Position numbers and translations under genes: made by a program
Assembly (NCBI RefSeq): GCF_009914755.1
Contig: NC_060945.1
DNA from: the human T2T-CHM13v2.0 reference genome, Homo sapiens
DNA length: 64,000 nt
Strand: one strand, 5' to 3'
Notes under the pieces: model-generated
The model's database searches: none
The model's input: only the letters and a program-made list of their open reading frames with translations
What the model was told of the DNA's origin: nothing
Part shown: piece after piece, positions 39,111 to 52,669 of the stretch
Position numbering within the stretch: position 1 is the stretch's first letter
How the letters are laid out: each line of letters begins with the position of its first letter

Positions 39111-40255
39111 CAGAGTCTGTGTCTCTTTGCAACATGAAGTCAACCTCCACTCCCCTCATCCTCTCCTCCCAGCCACAGGTCTTGCCCCAAGAAGGACCTC
39201 CCACCCCATCCTTGGTCCTTCCAGGAGATGCAGTGTCTTCCCTACCCCTTCCCCAGAACACCGGTGATTCCGACGCCTCCTTCTTACATGCACCTTCCAT
39301 TCACTCATTCTCTGAACAGCAGATCCAGTGGTTACCACCCTGGGATCAAGTCCAAGTAATGGATATTTAGTAACAGTGAGAGCTTGGGTGAGTCATTTTG
39401 CCTCTGAGAGCCTCCGTACCTCCATCTATAAAATGGGGATGATTTCTTCCCTGTAGGGTCATCATTAAGAGGTTATTACCTCCACTGAAATGAGTGAGTA
39501 GAGCAGAGGCATTTGTCAACTGTTGCAAATTTGGCAGAGCTGGGCTTCTGCAAAGGGCAGCTTCAGATTCTGTGACCCATGGTGGTAACAGGACTAATGC
39601 TTTGGTCTTTGGCAGCCTCCTGGGTGATGCTCAAAAAGGTGTCGGGGACCCATTGGGCAGGTCCCAGGAGAGCTGACTGTTGGCCTTGGGTCATCTGGCC
39701 AGCAGCACCCCTTTTGACACCATGCCTCTCTGCGTGCCCCAGGAGGTCTACTGGCCTTCTCCACTGTGCCACCTAGCATTGGATCTGCCAAGTTGTGTTG
39801 GCTGAAGCAGAACCCAGAGCAGACACCCCAGGAACCTTCCCTGGAGTAAGGCTTCCCCCAGCGTGCCTGGGGGTCTTGGGCACTGCTCTCAATGTCTCCC
39901 AAGTATTAACCCATCTTGTTCTCATATAACCCTGTGGGGTCTGCATTCACTCTGCAAATACTGAGTGCCTGCTCTCTGCAGAGTGCTATCGTACGCCCCA
40001 GAGACACATCAGCACACAAAGCCTGTGAAGACCCCTGTCACTGAGAGCCTCATGTCCTAACTGCATGACTCAGCAAACACAAGACACGCATTGTAGAATG
40101 TGCTGGAAGGAGCTGAGTGTGTCACAACTGAAATGAGGTAGTTGGGGTTGCCTTGCTAAGCAGTGACTTGATGCAAGTTCGATGACGAACCCCGTGGGAT
40201 TCTTATGCCCATTTTGCAGATGACGAAACGGAGGCACAGAGCAATACAATTTACT

Positions 40256-40609
40256 GTATTAGTCCGTTCTCACGCTGCTAATAACAACGTACCCAAGACT
40301 GAGTAATTTATAAAGGAAAGAGGTTTAATTGACTCACAGTTCAGAATGGGTAAGGAGGCCTCAGGGAACTTACAATCATGGTGAAAGGGGAAATAAATGC
40401 ATTCTTCACACGGCAACACCAAGGAGAGGTGCCGAGCAGAAGGGGGAAATTCCCTTACAAAACCGTCAGATCCCATGAGCACTCACTATCCCTGATAACT
40501 GCCCCCATGGTCAAATTACCTCCGGCTGGGTCCCTCCCATGACACATGGGGATTATGGGAATTACAATTTGAGATGAGATTTGAGTGGGAACACAGCCAA
40601 ACTATATCA
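40256..40609 (-). mobile_element. THE1-family solo LTR inserted in a MIR
   Basis: TGTATTAGTCCGTTCTCACGCTGCTAATAA...ACACAGCCAAACTATATCA; MIR core CCCATTTTGCAGATGA upstream. Confidence 0.9.
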
Positions 40610-40704
40610 CAGAGTACTTGGTCAAGGTCAGGAGGCTTATATGAGGCAGAGGGCACCCAGGAACACAAGCGTCTGATTTCAAAGCCCATCTCTAAACTAA
40701 AACA

Positions 40705-40871
40705 CAAACTTTTCCCTACAAAGGGCCTGGGAGGAAAAAGTGGCTTTGCAGGTCACATGTGGTCTCTGTCACCTATTCTTTCATTTTTTACAACACTTGA
40801 AATGTGAGAAAACCATTCCTGGCTCTCCAGCAGTGCAAAAACAAGAGCGGTGGCATGGTTTCCAACCCCGG
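40705..40871 (+). mobile_element. MER58C-like MITE
   Basis: AAACTTTTCCCTACAAAGGGCC...GGCTTTGCAGG...TGGTCTCTGTC...AAAACCATTC. Confidence 0.65.
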
Positions 40872-41118
40872 CTCTGAACCACCAGGCTCAGCACTTTCCA
40901 AACTAAGTTACCTCTTCTCAAAACCCCGCACAGCACAAGGAAGAAGGCACTTCTATTTTACAGATGAGGAAACAGAAGCTCAGAAAGGTGAAATCACTTG
41001 TCTGTGGTCATGGAGAGCCAGACAGACAAGATCCGGGCACCCTTTTCATTCTGTGCAACATGTCTTCATTCCCACTTTTGACACATTCTTAAATCCCTGC
41101 TTTAAATGCAGCATTCAT

Positions 41119-41416
41119 GGCCAGACACAGTGGTTCATGCCTGTAATCCCAACACTTTAGGAGGCCAAGGCAGGAGGACGGCTTGAGCCCAGGAGTTTCC
41201 GACCAGCCCACACAACACAGCGAGACCTCAACAAATCTCTACAAAAAATTAAACAATTAGCTGGGTATGGTGGCTTGTCTGTAGTCTCAGCTACTCAGGA
41301 GGCTGAGGTGTGAGGATTACTTGAGCCCAGGAGGTTGAGGCTGCAGTGAGCCAAGATTGATTGTGCCATGGCACTCCAGACTGGGCAACAGAGTGAGATG
41401 CTGTCTCAGAAAAGAA
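41119..41416 (+). mobile_element. AluJ
   Basis: Full Alu; TSD AAATGCAGCAT(T/C)CA. Confidence 0.95.
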
Positions 41417-41431
41417 AAATGCAGCATCCAC

Positions 41432-42018
41432 AATTCCTCAAAGAATTAAACACAGAATTACCGTATGATGTAGCAACTCCACTTCTGGGTTTATACTCAA
41501 AAGAATTGAAAGCAGAGATTCAAAGAGACAATCACACATCCATTTCATAGCAGCACTATTCACAGCAGTCCAAAGGTGGAAGCAGCCAGGTGTCCACTGA
41601 CAAATAAGCAGATACACAAAATATGGTCTGTCCATACAACAGAATATTCGTCAGCCTTAAGGAAGAAAATCTTGACCCATGCTCCGACATGGATGAACCC
41701 TGAGGACATTATGCTGAGTGAAAAAGCCAGACAGAAAAGAACAATAATGTCTGATTCCAGTTATATAAAGTCCCCGGAGTAGTCAAATCCATAGAGACAG
41801 GAAGTAGAAGGGTGGGTGCCAGGGCTTGGGGAGGGGGAATGGGGAGTGAGTGCTTCGTGGAGTGACAGTTTCAGTTTAGGAAAATGAAAAGGTTCTGGAG
41901 GTGGATGATGGTGATGGTTGCAAAACAATGCAAATGTCCTTAATACCGATGAACTGTACACTTAATAATGGTTAAGATGGTAAATCTCATGTTAGATATT
42001 TTATCACAATAGTTTTTT
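41432..42018 (+). mobile_element. L1MB-like 3' end
   Basis: TTAAACACAGAATTACC...GACATTATGCTGAGTGAAA...AATGGTTAAGATGGTAAAT. Confidence 0.9.
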
Positions 42019-43675
42019 AAAAGCAACATTTATGGGAGGAATAATTCCCCAACCCCTGAACACCTGAGCGAATGTCCATCCGTGTGTCATCAACTTGTCC
42101 AGGGTGACAAGGGCCAGGCAGCAGCCAGGCCTACGAGGGAGGGAGTGGGGGGAGCCAAGGTCCGGGAGACGGAGGCTCACTCCCGCCCCAGATGACAGAC
42201 CCCTCGCATCACACGCCACGCTGACTCCTCCACACCCAGGCGTGAGAGGTGGGGAGGGGAAACACCCTGCCAGCGAGAGACCCGCCTGCCCAACTCCCCC
42301 CACCCCACCATGCCCCCGCCCAGCCTGGCTCTGCAGCTGTAGTCCTAAGCTGGGCCACTCTGCCCGTGGCCCCTTCAGTGCCTTGGCCTCGAGGAAGCCC
42401 CACGTGTTGGGAAGTTGTGGCAGGCAGGGCCTGCAACCTGCAAACCTCCCAGCTTCTCGCAGGACATGGCTGCGGTGGGGACTTTCCCAAAGACCCAGGT
42501 GAATTCAGCTGACAGGGCCAACCTGTTTGTCTTTATGATCCCAGTGTTGTCACAGGCCCAGGACTGCCTGTCCAGGCCCAGGGAGGAGTCGCTTGGCCCC
42601 AGAATAGCCCCTGCAGGAGGTGAGCAATTACCTGGGCAAACAAAGAGAGTGCAGGTGTGCCAGGCGACTCACACACCTGACCTCAAACAGACACCACAGA
42701 GTTCAGGGGGCCACCCACTTATTGGAAAACTACATTATATTCATAGTGATCACTACTATTTATTGAGGTCTTATTATGCGCCATCCACTGTGCCTAAGTA
42801 TTTTGCTTGTAATAATTCATTAATTCTCACAGCCACCCATGAAGAAAGCACTTTCACCCCCACCTTCCAGGTCAGGAAGCTGTTCCGAAAGGTCAAGTCA
42901 CTGGCCTGGTGTCACTCAGTAAATTGAGATGTCCACTCCGTGGCCCCCTCTCTGTCCCTAGCACATTGATTAACCTCTGCTTTTCAAGGGTGGATTGGAT
43001 TTTGGAGATTGACAAGTGCTGGCAGAGCCAAGGGAATGAAGTGATCCAGCCAGAGGCTACGCTCTGAGTTCCGCAGCAGGTGCAGCTCTCCAGCAATGAG
43101 CCCAAAGCCCGGCCATGTGGGTCCTAAGCTCACCCTGGAGGCAAAAATCCAATGGAGAGTCTCCAGCCATTCCAGTCGGGTTCTCTGGGGTCTGTCCGTC
43201 TCTGCTGTTGGGCTGAGCGGTGCAGAGGACTCAGGGGTGCCCTCAGGACAATGCAATCCCAAGAAGGCTGTCCCCCTCACACACACACAAACACAAACAC
43301 AAACACACAAACACACAGCATGTGCAGCATGCCGGGTACACACAGGTCAAAGCCAAGCCGAGGGTGGTGGGGGGAGGGTGGGCTTGCATAGCCTTCAACA
43401 CCCACCTCAAAAGCCACAGAGCATGCAAAGGACCAGACACAAGGAAAACCCCCTCCCGCCAGGCACCTTCCAGAAGGCACAGGTCAGGCAGATGGTGATG
43501 GCAGAGGAATGTATCAGGGGAAGCTGAGGTATAAAGGACCTTCAACAAGTTTGGTGACAAGGGAAGAGGACAAAGTGGGACTGTGCTAGCGAAGCATGTT
43601 GATGAGAGGAGTTTTTAAGGGTGGAAAGTTCTGAGCAGCCATGAGGGTGGAGGAGGAGGTCAGTGACGAAAATGC

Positions 43676-44148
43676 TGTATGTGAATTGTATCCACAAATG
43701 ATATGTCCCAGTCCTAAACCCGGTGCCTGTGAATGAGACCTTATATGGAAAGAGGGTCTTAGAAACGAATCAAGTTAAGATGCGGTCATGATGGGTTAGG
43801 GTGGGCCCTAAGTCCCATAACACTGGTGTCCCTGTAGGAGGGAAGTTTGGACACAGACCTGAGTAGAGGGAGGATGAAGTGAGGAGGCACACAGAAGCGG
43901 GCGGGCCAAGGCCAACGTGGGGATGTAGTGATGCAGCCACCAGCCACGGAAGCCCAGGACCACGGGCCACTGACAGACATGGGAGAGACGCAAGGAACTG
44001 TCCTTCCCCAGAGCCTTCAGACGGAACACAGCCCCACACACACCTTGATTTCAGATGTCTGGTCTCCAGAACCATGAGAAAAAAAAATCTGTTGTTGAAT
44101 TCACCCAGTTTGTAAAATTTGTGGCACCAGCCATGGGACACTCATGCA
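43676..44148 (+). mobile_element. MLT1C-like LTR
   Basis: CCTGTGAATGAGACCTTAT..GGAAA.AGGGTCTT...CACCTTGATTTCAGA...CTCCAGAACCATGAGA. Confidence 0.85.
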
Positions 44149-44789
44149 GAGGGTGACCTGCTTGGCTCCAATTTCTCAGAGTTGGGCACAAAATCAGCCA
44201 CAACCCTGTGGTTGTGTCTGTTCTGAGCACAGGGATGCAGCCCACCCCTTCCTTTCCGCACTCTTCCCTGGGACAGCAGGGATCTGAGGAATTCCTCTAG
44301 GGGCCTGGCTGCAGGAGGTCCCCGCTCCAAAGCCCAAAGGAGGCAGGTGGGAGTAAGTGAACAGGACGGGAAACGCCGAGCAGGAACCTGCATAGTACGG
44401 GGGAGCCCCCAGGCCTGCCTACCGTCTCAACACCAGCATTTGGATTCCACTAGGAAGGAAAACAAGAAGACTGAAAAAGACAGAGAGGAGCAGGAGAGTG
44501 TGCAAGGGACAGTCTCTGTCTTCCACATTGGCTGTTTGCCAGAGCATGGCCTGTTGGCACCCCTCGCTTGTTCATAGGTGGCTGACAACATAGCCATAAA
44601 TCCACCTGTGCCAGTCCATGAATGGACAAAGGGCGAGAGATGACCCTGCTTCAGCCACAGAGGCCAGTGCTCAGACTCCAGCCAGCTGGAGGCCCCCAGG
44701 CAGGTGAATGGGCTTGGGTTTCTAAGACCAACACAGAAATGCCCAGGTACACTGTGCTGCTTTTCTCTGGAGAAGAGAGAACGTCCCTT

Positions 44790-46050
44790 TCACCAAGTTA
44801 TTATTTCTTCCTTTTAAAATTTGATTGTTATAACATTGTTTTAAAAGTCAAGTAGTGCTGCAAGGCTTGTGATAATAAACAGTTGTTATCACTGCACCTC
44901 TTCCCACCTCCAGCTCCCTCCCCTGTGAGTCATCGGCCTTCAAGTCTCTCAGCTGTTTCTCTTGACCTTGACCTTCACACTTCCAACATGATTACAGTAC
45001 TATTCCTTTCGGTTTTATCTCACTTACACCACCACCTCCCACACACTCCCACCTATTCCACCTACCCAGCATCTTCACAACTTACACAGTTACACAATTC
45101 GCAACCTTTGGCCAAGTCAATATTTAGTTCTGATATTACTATGACCACCATAAATGTTGTCACAACTAAACCACTTAGGGAACTAGGATGGTCTTTTCTT
45201 TTTAGTACAACTTTTTGATTTTCCTGGGGTTAACAATTGCCTCATTTTTTCATAAACTTAATTTTTTTGTCTACTACTTACCAATTATCCCCCCCCCAAT
45301 TTTCTGATAGACCTATAAAAGTCCTCTCAACAAAGTCAAACATACTAAGTAATCATTCTTTTGTTGTTGCTTTGTTGTTGTTTGTCCTTCCCCTTGGAGA
45401 CATCCCCTCCAGAGCTCTCTGTCCTATTTGTATCTGGGCTGGCTGACCTCTTGGCTTGTGGCACAGCTCCCCCTTGAAAGTTCCCTTCAACTTCAGTGAG
45501 AATTCCTTCGTATTTTTCTGGTGCTAAATCTAATGTGTCCTGTGCCTCACATCTTTCTCTTTTGGGGTTTACTTCCTTGTGCAAGTGACACCCATACCAC
45601 AGGAACTTGCTGAGAAAGAATGCATGTGAGGTTCAATGATTTCATCTTGCATACCTTCAAACATCTTTGTTCTACCCTTACATTTGATTTTTCATTTATT
45701 ATTTGAAAATGTGGCTTGCCTTTTCAGTAAGGAAATTCATGTCCTGCAGGTCGGTATTGTTTTGTTTTGTCTTTTGGCATCTTTCTCCTCTTTCTGCTCG
45801 CTCTGAGTGCCAACTCCAGAGCTGGTCTGGCTCAATTTCTCTATAGTGTGCACTTCCTGAGTTCTCTTCAGTGAGGTGGATGAGTCATCTAGCCAGGTGG
45901 ATAACGAGGAAGTCTCAGGGACTAAGTGTCTCTGACAATACATTCAGCCACTACTTCAGTATGAAGCCAGCCCCTCATCCCCACCTTCAGAGACCCCTGG
46001 TGCCTCAGATTCCTCGGCCATTCTGGAGCTGCTGTGCCCGAGGCTTGTGT
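44790..46050 (-). mobile_element. Ancient L1-family (HAL1/L1ME-like) remnant
   Basis: T/C-rich diverged block resembling antisense HAL1/L1ME; family uncertain. Confidence 0.4.
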
Positions 46051-46428
46051 AGTTGGAGATCATTTTGGCAGTCAGTGCTGCTTCAGCTTTCACTGTTCTG
46101 CTGTGCCAGCACATCACCAGGGATCACCTTTGGCTGCATGAACCAGAACCCCATTCCAGGGCTCAACCAAACAGCACTTTAATTTTCTTACCCAAGCAAG
46201 CAGTCCTGGCTTGTACAGCCTCCCCAGGATGTCACCAGGACCCCAAGCTCCTTCTATCTTGCTGCTCTGCCATCCTGTGTCACTTTCTTCCTCATGGAGG
46301 CTTCCTGGTCACAGGACACCCACTCCACCTCCAGTCTCTTGTTCACAATCCAAGGAGATGGAAGGCAAGAAATGATGAGGAACCAGGGTGGCTGCAATGT
46401 CAGCAACAGTATTTCCCAGGATCTCTAG

Positions 46429-46736
<308 letters not shown>

Positions 46737-46900
46737 TGAGAACGTGGAGCCAGTGAAGCTCACACAAGTCACCAACGAGAATGCAAGATGCAATAGCCAC
46801 TTTGGAAAATAGGTGGGCAGTTTCTTATAAAGTTAAACAGATACTTAATGAATGACCCAGCAATCCTAATCCTGGATATTTACCCAAAAAGTAAAAACTA

Positions 46901-47278
<378 letters not shown>

Positions 47279-47741
47279 TCATAATCGTTCCAAACTGGAG
47301 ACAACCCAAATATCCATCAGCTGGGACGTGGATAAGCAAACAGTGGGGAACCCTAACAGCAGATATTATTGTTCAGCAACAAAAAGGAACCATCTACTGA
47401 CACAGCGACATGGATGAATCTCAGACGTGTTATGCTGAGTGAAAGATGCCAGACACCAAAAGCCACACGCTGAGATCCCATGGAGAGGACATTCTGGAAA
47501 AGGCAAAACTGTAGAGACAGGGAACAAATTGGTGGTTGCAGGGGCTGAGAGTGGGAGCTGGGAACTGGCTGCCAAGGAGTGTGGGGGTGGTTTGGGGGTG
47601 ATATAGATGTGGTCTATGTTTGGCTATGGTGGTGGTTACACAACTGTGACCACTTCGTCAAACTCATAGAACTTTGTCAAAACTCGTAGAACTGTACACT
47701 AAAACAATGAGTTTTACCGTATGTTGATTATATAACTCTAT

Positions 47742-47987
47742 CTTTTTTTTTTAATAGGGTCTCATTCTATTGCTTGTCACCCAGCTCAAGCAATCCTCCC
47801 ACCCCAGACTTCCTGGTAGCTAGGACCTACAGGCGTGTGCCACTATGCCCAGCTAGTTTTAATTTTTTTGTAGAGATGAGGTCTTGCTATGTTGTCCAGA
47901 CTGGTCTCAAACTCCTGGCCTCAAATGATCCTCTCACCTCAGCCTCCTAAATTGCTGGAATTACAGGCATGAGCCACCTCGCCAGCC
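47742..47987 (-). mobile_element. AluJ with an internal deletion
   Basis: GTCACCCAG joined directly to CTCAAGCAATCC. Confidence 0.9.
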
Positions 47988-48022
47988 TATATCTCAATAA
48001 GCCTGACTTTTAAAAGGTTTCA

Positions 48023-48272
48023 GGCTGGATGCAGTGGCTCACAAGACCAGCCTGCACAACATGGGGAGACCCCATATCCAGAAAATGTTTTTAAACTATT
48101 AGCCGGGCGTGGTGGTATGCACCTGTAGACCCAGCTACTGGAGAGGCTAAGGCAAGAGGATCACATGAGCCCAGGGTTTTCAGGCCACAGTGAGCCATGA
48201 TCATGCAACTACACTCCAGCCTGGATGACAGAGCAAGACCCCATCTCTAAAAAATAAAGGGAAAATAAAATT
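48023..48272 (+). mobile_element. AluJ with an internal left-arm deletion
   Basis: GGCTCAC joined to AAGACCAGCC; TSD TAAAAGGTTTCA at 48011-48022 and 48274-48285. Confidence 0.92.
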
Positions 48273-49859
48273 GTAAAAGGTTTCAATCAACAAACTTGTG
48301 GAATACTGAATACCACACCGCTATTTATTGACACCCTGATCATGTGGGTTTAGTCAAGGCCCTGAAAAGTCCTGCAGTTCATTTAACCAAGAGTATTATC
48401 CTTCAAGCTTTTTTCCAAGTGACAACAAAAAGGAACCATCTTGATGTACTGGCAAGCATCAAGCAAGATGATCTGGAATGTCTCCCTCCGCACAAATAGT
48501 CTGTGACTGTAAAGTGGTTTGGGCCAATGGCCTCCCTGAAGGAGGCTCTGGGAAGTGGGAATCAGACCTTGTGTTTAGGTTTCTTTGCGGAGAGCCGCCT
48601 CCTCTCCTCGTTCACGTGCTGACTCAGGTCTTCTCCAGCCCAGGAAACATGGAGGGAGGGAGCAGACCACATGTATGTCCACACCCTTAGAAAACAGTGG
48701 CTCCCACAAAGGGAGAGAGGCTGAGCCCCAGTCCTGTGGATGGTTGCTGCCCAGCCCTGGGAGGCTGGTGGCAGACACGCCCTGGGAGGCTGGTGGCAGC
48801 CAAGGGACCAGACCCTCTCAGCCCGTGGCCCCGCCATCAAGGCTGTCACTGGTGTGTCACTTCCTCATGGGCTAAGCACTGCTCATCCATTTCTAGTTTG
48901 GCCTTCACAAGTGCCCCTTGAGGCAGTGTGGCGTCATGTCCATGTGTCATGACATGTGGCAAAGCCGCTCACCACCGACCAACAGGCCTCCCAGGAGTCA
49001 GGAGTCCAGTACCAGATGGGGCAGAACCATCCTTCCCAAGGTCTGGGCCATCTGTCCTTCGAGTCCGAGCAGCGCAGGGCCCAAACCCTCGAGTCACTTC
49101 CCATTTCCACACCCTTCCAGGTGTTTAGGGAGACAGCTACAACTCAGCCCCCGGGGAAGCACTCACCAGGAACTCCAGCAGGAAAGGAGGGCGGCCAGCC
49201 AGCGTGTGGGTGCCTTCTCCTCCAGCTCCACTAGCAGCAAATCATGCTGGCCTTGTCCCTCCCTCTGCCTCACCCCCAGCCTCCTGCTGCCCGGTCCAGA
49301 TGCTAAAAATAGCCCCAACCTGCATTCAGAATCCAGCACATCATACCTTCCACAGCAGGCATCTGCACCGTTGACAGTGGAGGCCACTGTGACTCCACCA
49401 CCTCCCCAACACAGCCTTCCACCAGCCATGGCAGAGGGAGCTTGCAAAACCAGAGGGTGGGTGCAAGAACTCACGCCCTCTCCAAACGCTTTCCAGAGGT
49501 AGGCCAGGCGGCCAATGGTTGCACCTGAGGCCCAGGAGAGGAACTGACCTCACTGGCTTTGTAAACGCCATGATATTCAAGTTCTCACGTTTCCTATTTC
49601 TGAGCAAGCCAAATCAATGTCAACATACATGAAATACATCTATGAATGTGGTCTACAAAGAGATTCTTTATTTTGCAAGACAAGTCCATAGCAAGCAAAT
49701 CTTTTGAGTCCTGAAAATATATTGTTTTTCAAAATTCCGAGTGACGTGCAACTATTTCATAAACTGGAGCACATGATCGGGTGTACTATTACCCCTTCCT
49801 CTAGGTGGTATTTCAAAGGGTACGTATTTCCCCCACCCTTCATGAATTAACTCCTTGTT

Positions 49860-50358
49860 TTACTTTCCTAGGGCGGCAGTCACAAGATACCACAGACTGG
49901 GTGGCTGAAAACACAGAAATGCGTTCTTTGGCAGTTCTGGAAGCTATCATGGAATCCTGAAATCAAGGTGTGTCCCGGATGTCTCCAGGGAGAACCGTTC
50001 CAGGCCTCTCCCTGCTCCTGGTGTCAGCTGGCACTGCCAGGCTTCCTGGCCTCTCCCTGCTCCTGGTGTCAGCTGGCACTGCCAGGCGTCCCTCGGCTTG
50101 TAAGGGCGTCACTCCCGTTGCAGGCCGTCTTCTCCTTGCCCCTTTACTTCACCTTCCCTCAGTGTGTGTCTATGTCTGTATCCAAATTTCTCCTTTTTGA
50201 AAGGACACCAGTCATGCTGCACTAGGGTCCCTGCTAATGACCTCATTTTAATCAGTTACTCTGTAAAGGTCTTATCTCCAAGCACGGTCACATTCTAGGG
50301 GACTGGGAATCAGGACCCCAACATACCTGTTTTGGGGGGACACAATTCAACCCTAACA
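49860..50358 (-). mobile_element. MLT1B/C-like LTR with a 45-bp tandem duplication (49998-50087)
   Basis: TACCACAGACTGGGTGGCT...AAGGACACCAGTCAT...GGACACAATTCAACCCTAACA. Confidence 0.88.
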
Positions 50359-50849
50359 CTCCCATTTTCTAATAGAAGAGGAGAGGGGAGGGAAGGAGGG
50401 AAGGGGGAAGGGGCCGGAGACCTCGGCAGGAGGGAGGGAGAAGCCAGCCTGCCGCCCTGCGCGCACCGGCTGTGTTTCTGTGCGTTGTGCTTTTGTTCTG
50501 CATGCTGGGCGGGCGGAACAGGGTGCTGGCATCCAGGCTCACCCAGAGGGGAGGGGGACCTGCAGGGGGAGGGGAGCACTCAGGGGATCAGGGGAGGAGA
50601 GTGTGGGCCAGGTGACCTGCCAGGCGAGAGAAAATCGGGGAATCCGCACAGCATTTTCAGACAGCCTGACAGCAGCCGCTCGCTCCCCTCTGAGCCCCAG
50701 CCCCCAGCAAGCGGGCCTCTGGCCCCAGGTCTGGGAGCGGCGTGGAAGTAGACCTTGGCTCTCCCTCCCCGGCAGCACCCCACCTCCCTTTGTCTCTCCA
50801 GCCAGAGGTGGGCCTGTGGGGATGCTAATCTCAGAGCCACCTCTCCATC

Positions 50850-51047
50850 TAAGGTTGCTAGAAATTCGGCAAACAAAAGATAGATTTAGAGAACAAAAAA
50901 ATTTAAAAAAAATAATATGGCCGGTTAAATGTGAGTTTCAATTTCCAATAAATAAATGTTGCCTGGGATATGCTTATATCAAAAACTTACGTGTCACTTA
51001 CCTAGCATTTGCATTTCACTGGGCCTCCTAAATTCTGTGTGGTAACC
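50850..51047. mobile_element. MER53 hAT MITE
   Basis: AGGTTGCTAGA...GTTAAATGTGA...TTCACTGGGCCTCCT...TGGTAACC. Confidence 0.65.
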
Positions 51048-51229
51048 GACTGCCACCGGACATGCTGTTTACTTCTCTATCCTCACGCAGCCAGTTGCCA
51101 CATTCAACATAACACTGCAAATATTGCCGGTGGATCCTGACTTCCTCGTGGACCCTACTGTGTCGGGAAAAACAAACAAACGAACCCTGGAAGGAAACAC
51201 CATGAGTTGTTAGTAGTGCCTGTCTCTGA

Positions 51230-51604
<375 letters not shown>

Positions 51605-52425
51605 TAATTGTTTTCAACCAACACGTATATCCCAGAAAATGTTTTAATGATTAAAATAAAACAATTGCCCTCTCCTCCTTGGAGCCCCATCCACAAGAGC
51701 AGCTTCTGCAGATGTGGGAAGGAGAAGACTTTGTACCTGGGTCCCAGGCCACGTGAATAATTAACCCTGTCTAGGGAGCCTTGGAGGTCTGATGAGGCCA
51801 GGGCTTGAAGGAGAGCCGCGGAGCACGCCAGGATCCAGGCTTGTGGGTAGCAGCATCCCTGGAAATGGTCCCCAGTGGGGGAGGAACCAGTAGCCATCAC
51901 CTCCAACCCCCAGCCACCGCCCCGCGCCATGTGAGTGAGGTGGCATCTGGTTTTCCACACACACCTCCCCATGTCGCTGGACGCAGGCAAGGCCACCCAA
52001 CCCCCAAGCCAGAGTCACCCGGACAGACGGATACTAGGCACCTTAGCACTTCCATGGCCAGAGGCCTCCTGAGGTGGGAACCGGGTCCTAGCCCATCCCA
52101 GGCCATCCCCTCCAGGACCTTCCTGGAGGAGCGGGGAGACCAGACTTAGAGGAAGGCTCCATGTCCCAGGTCCAGACAGGGGTGAGGGGGAAGAGGGGTG
52201 AGCACCTGTGTTAGGCACTTTGAACTCTCCAGGTCAGGTGACTGCATCCAGCTGAGACTCCTGGCCTCCCTCCAGCGTGGAATGAGCAGCCGGTCCTGTC
52301 CCGTCCACCCCTCCAGTGCTGCGGAACAGAACGGGAATGGCAAGTCCCCATGTGCTGTCTCCCCGCCCTTCTACAGCACCGGTGGCACAAATGCTGGGGA
52401 CAGTGCCGGCCCCACTCACAGGAGA

Positions 52426-52620
52426 GCTGCTGGGCTGGCTCCAAGGCTCCTCCGTCCATGGCTGCTGGGCTGGCTCGGAGGCTGCCTCCGTCCATGGTCT
52501 CTGCAGTGGACAGTCTGTGTCACGCCTCCATCTGTGGTCTTTGCAGTGGACAGTCTGTGTGACGCCTCCTCCGTCCATGGTTTTTGCAGTGGACAGTCTG
52601 TGTCATGCCTCCATCCATGT
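52426..52620. repeat. Compound minisatellite: 2 units of ~36 bp, then 3 units of ~40 bp, sharing CCTCCGTCCATGG
   Basis: GCTGCTGGGCTGGCTC x2; TGCAGTGGACAGTCTGTGT x3. Confidence 0.9.
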
Positions 52621-52669
52621 CTTCCAGCAACACCACCTCACTCTGCTTTACACAATCACTCCACCTCCG

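Noticed and set aside
50850-51047. MER53-derived miRNA (miR-1302-like) hairpin
   Set aside because: This copy and the one at ~63.1-63.6 kb are diverged or interrupted, so the palindrome is poor
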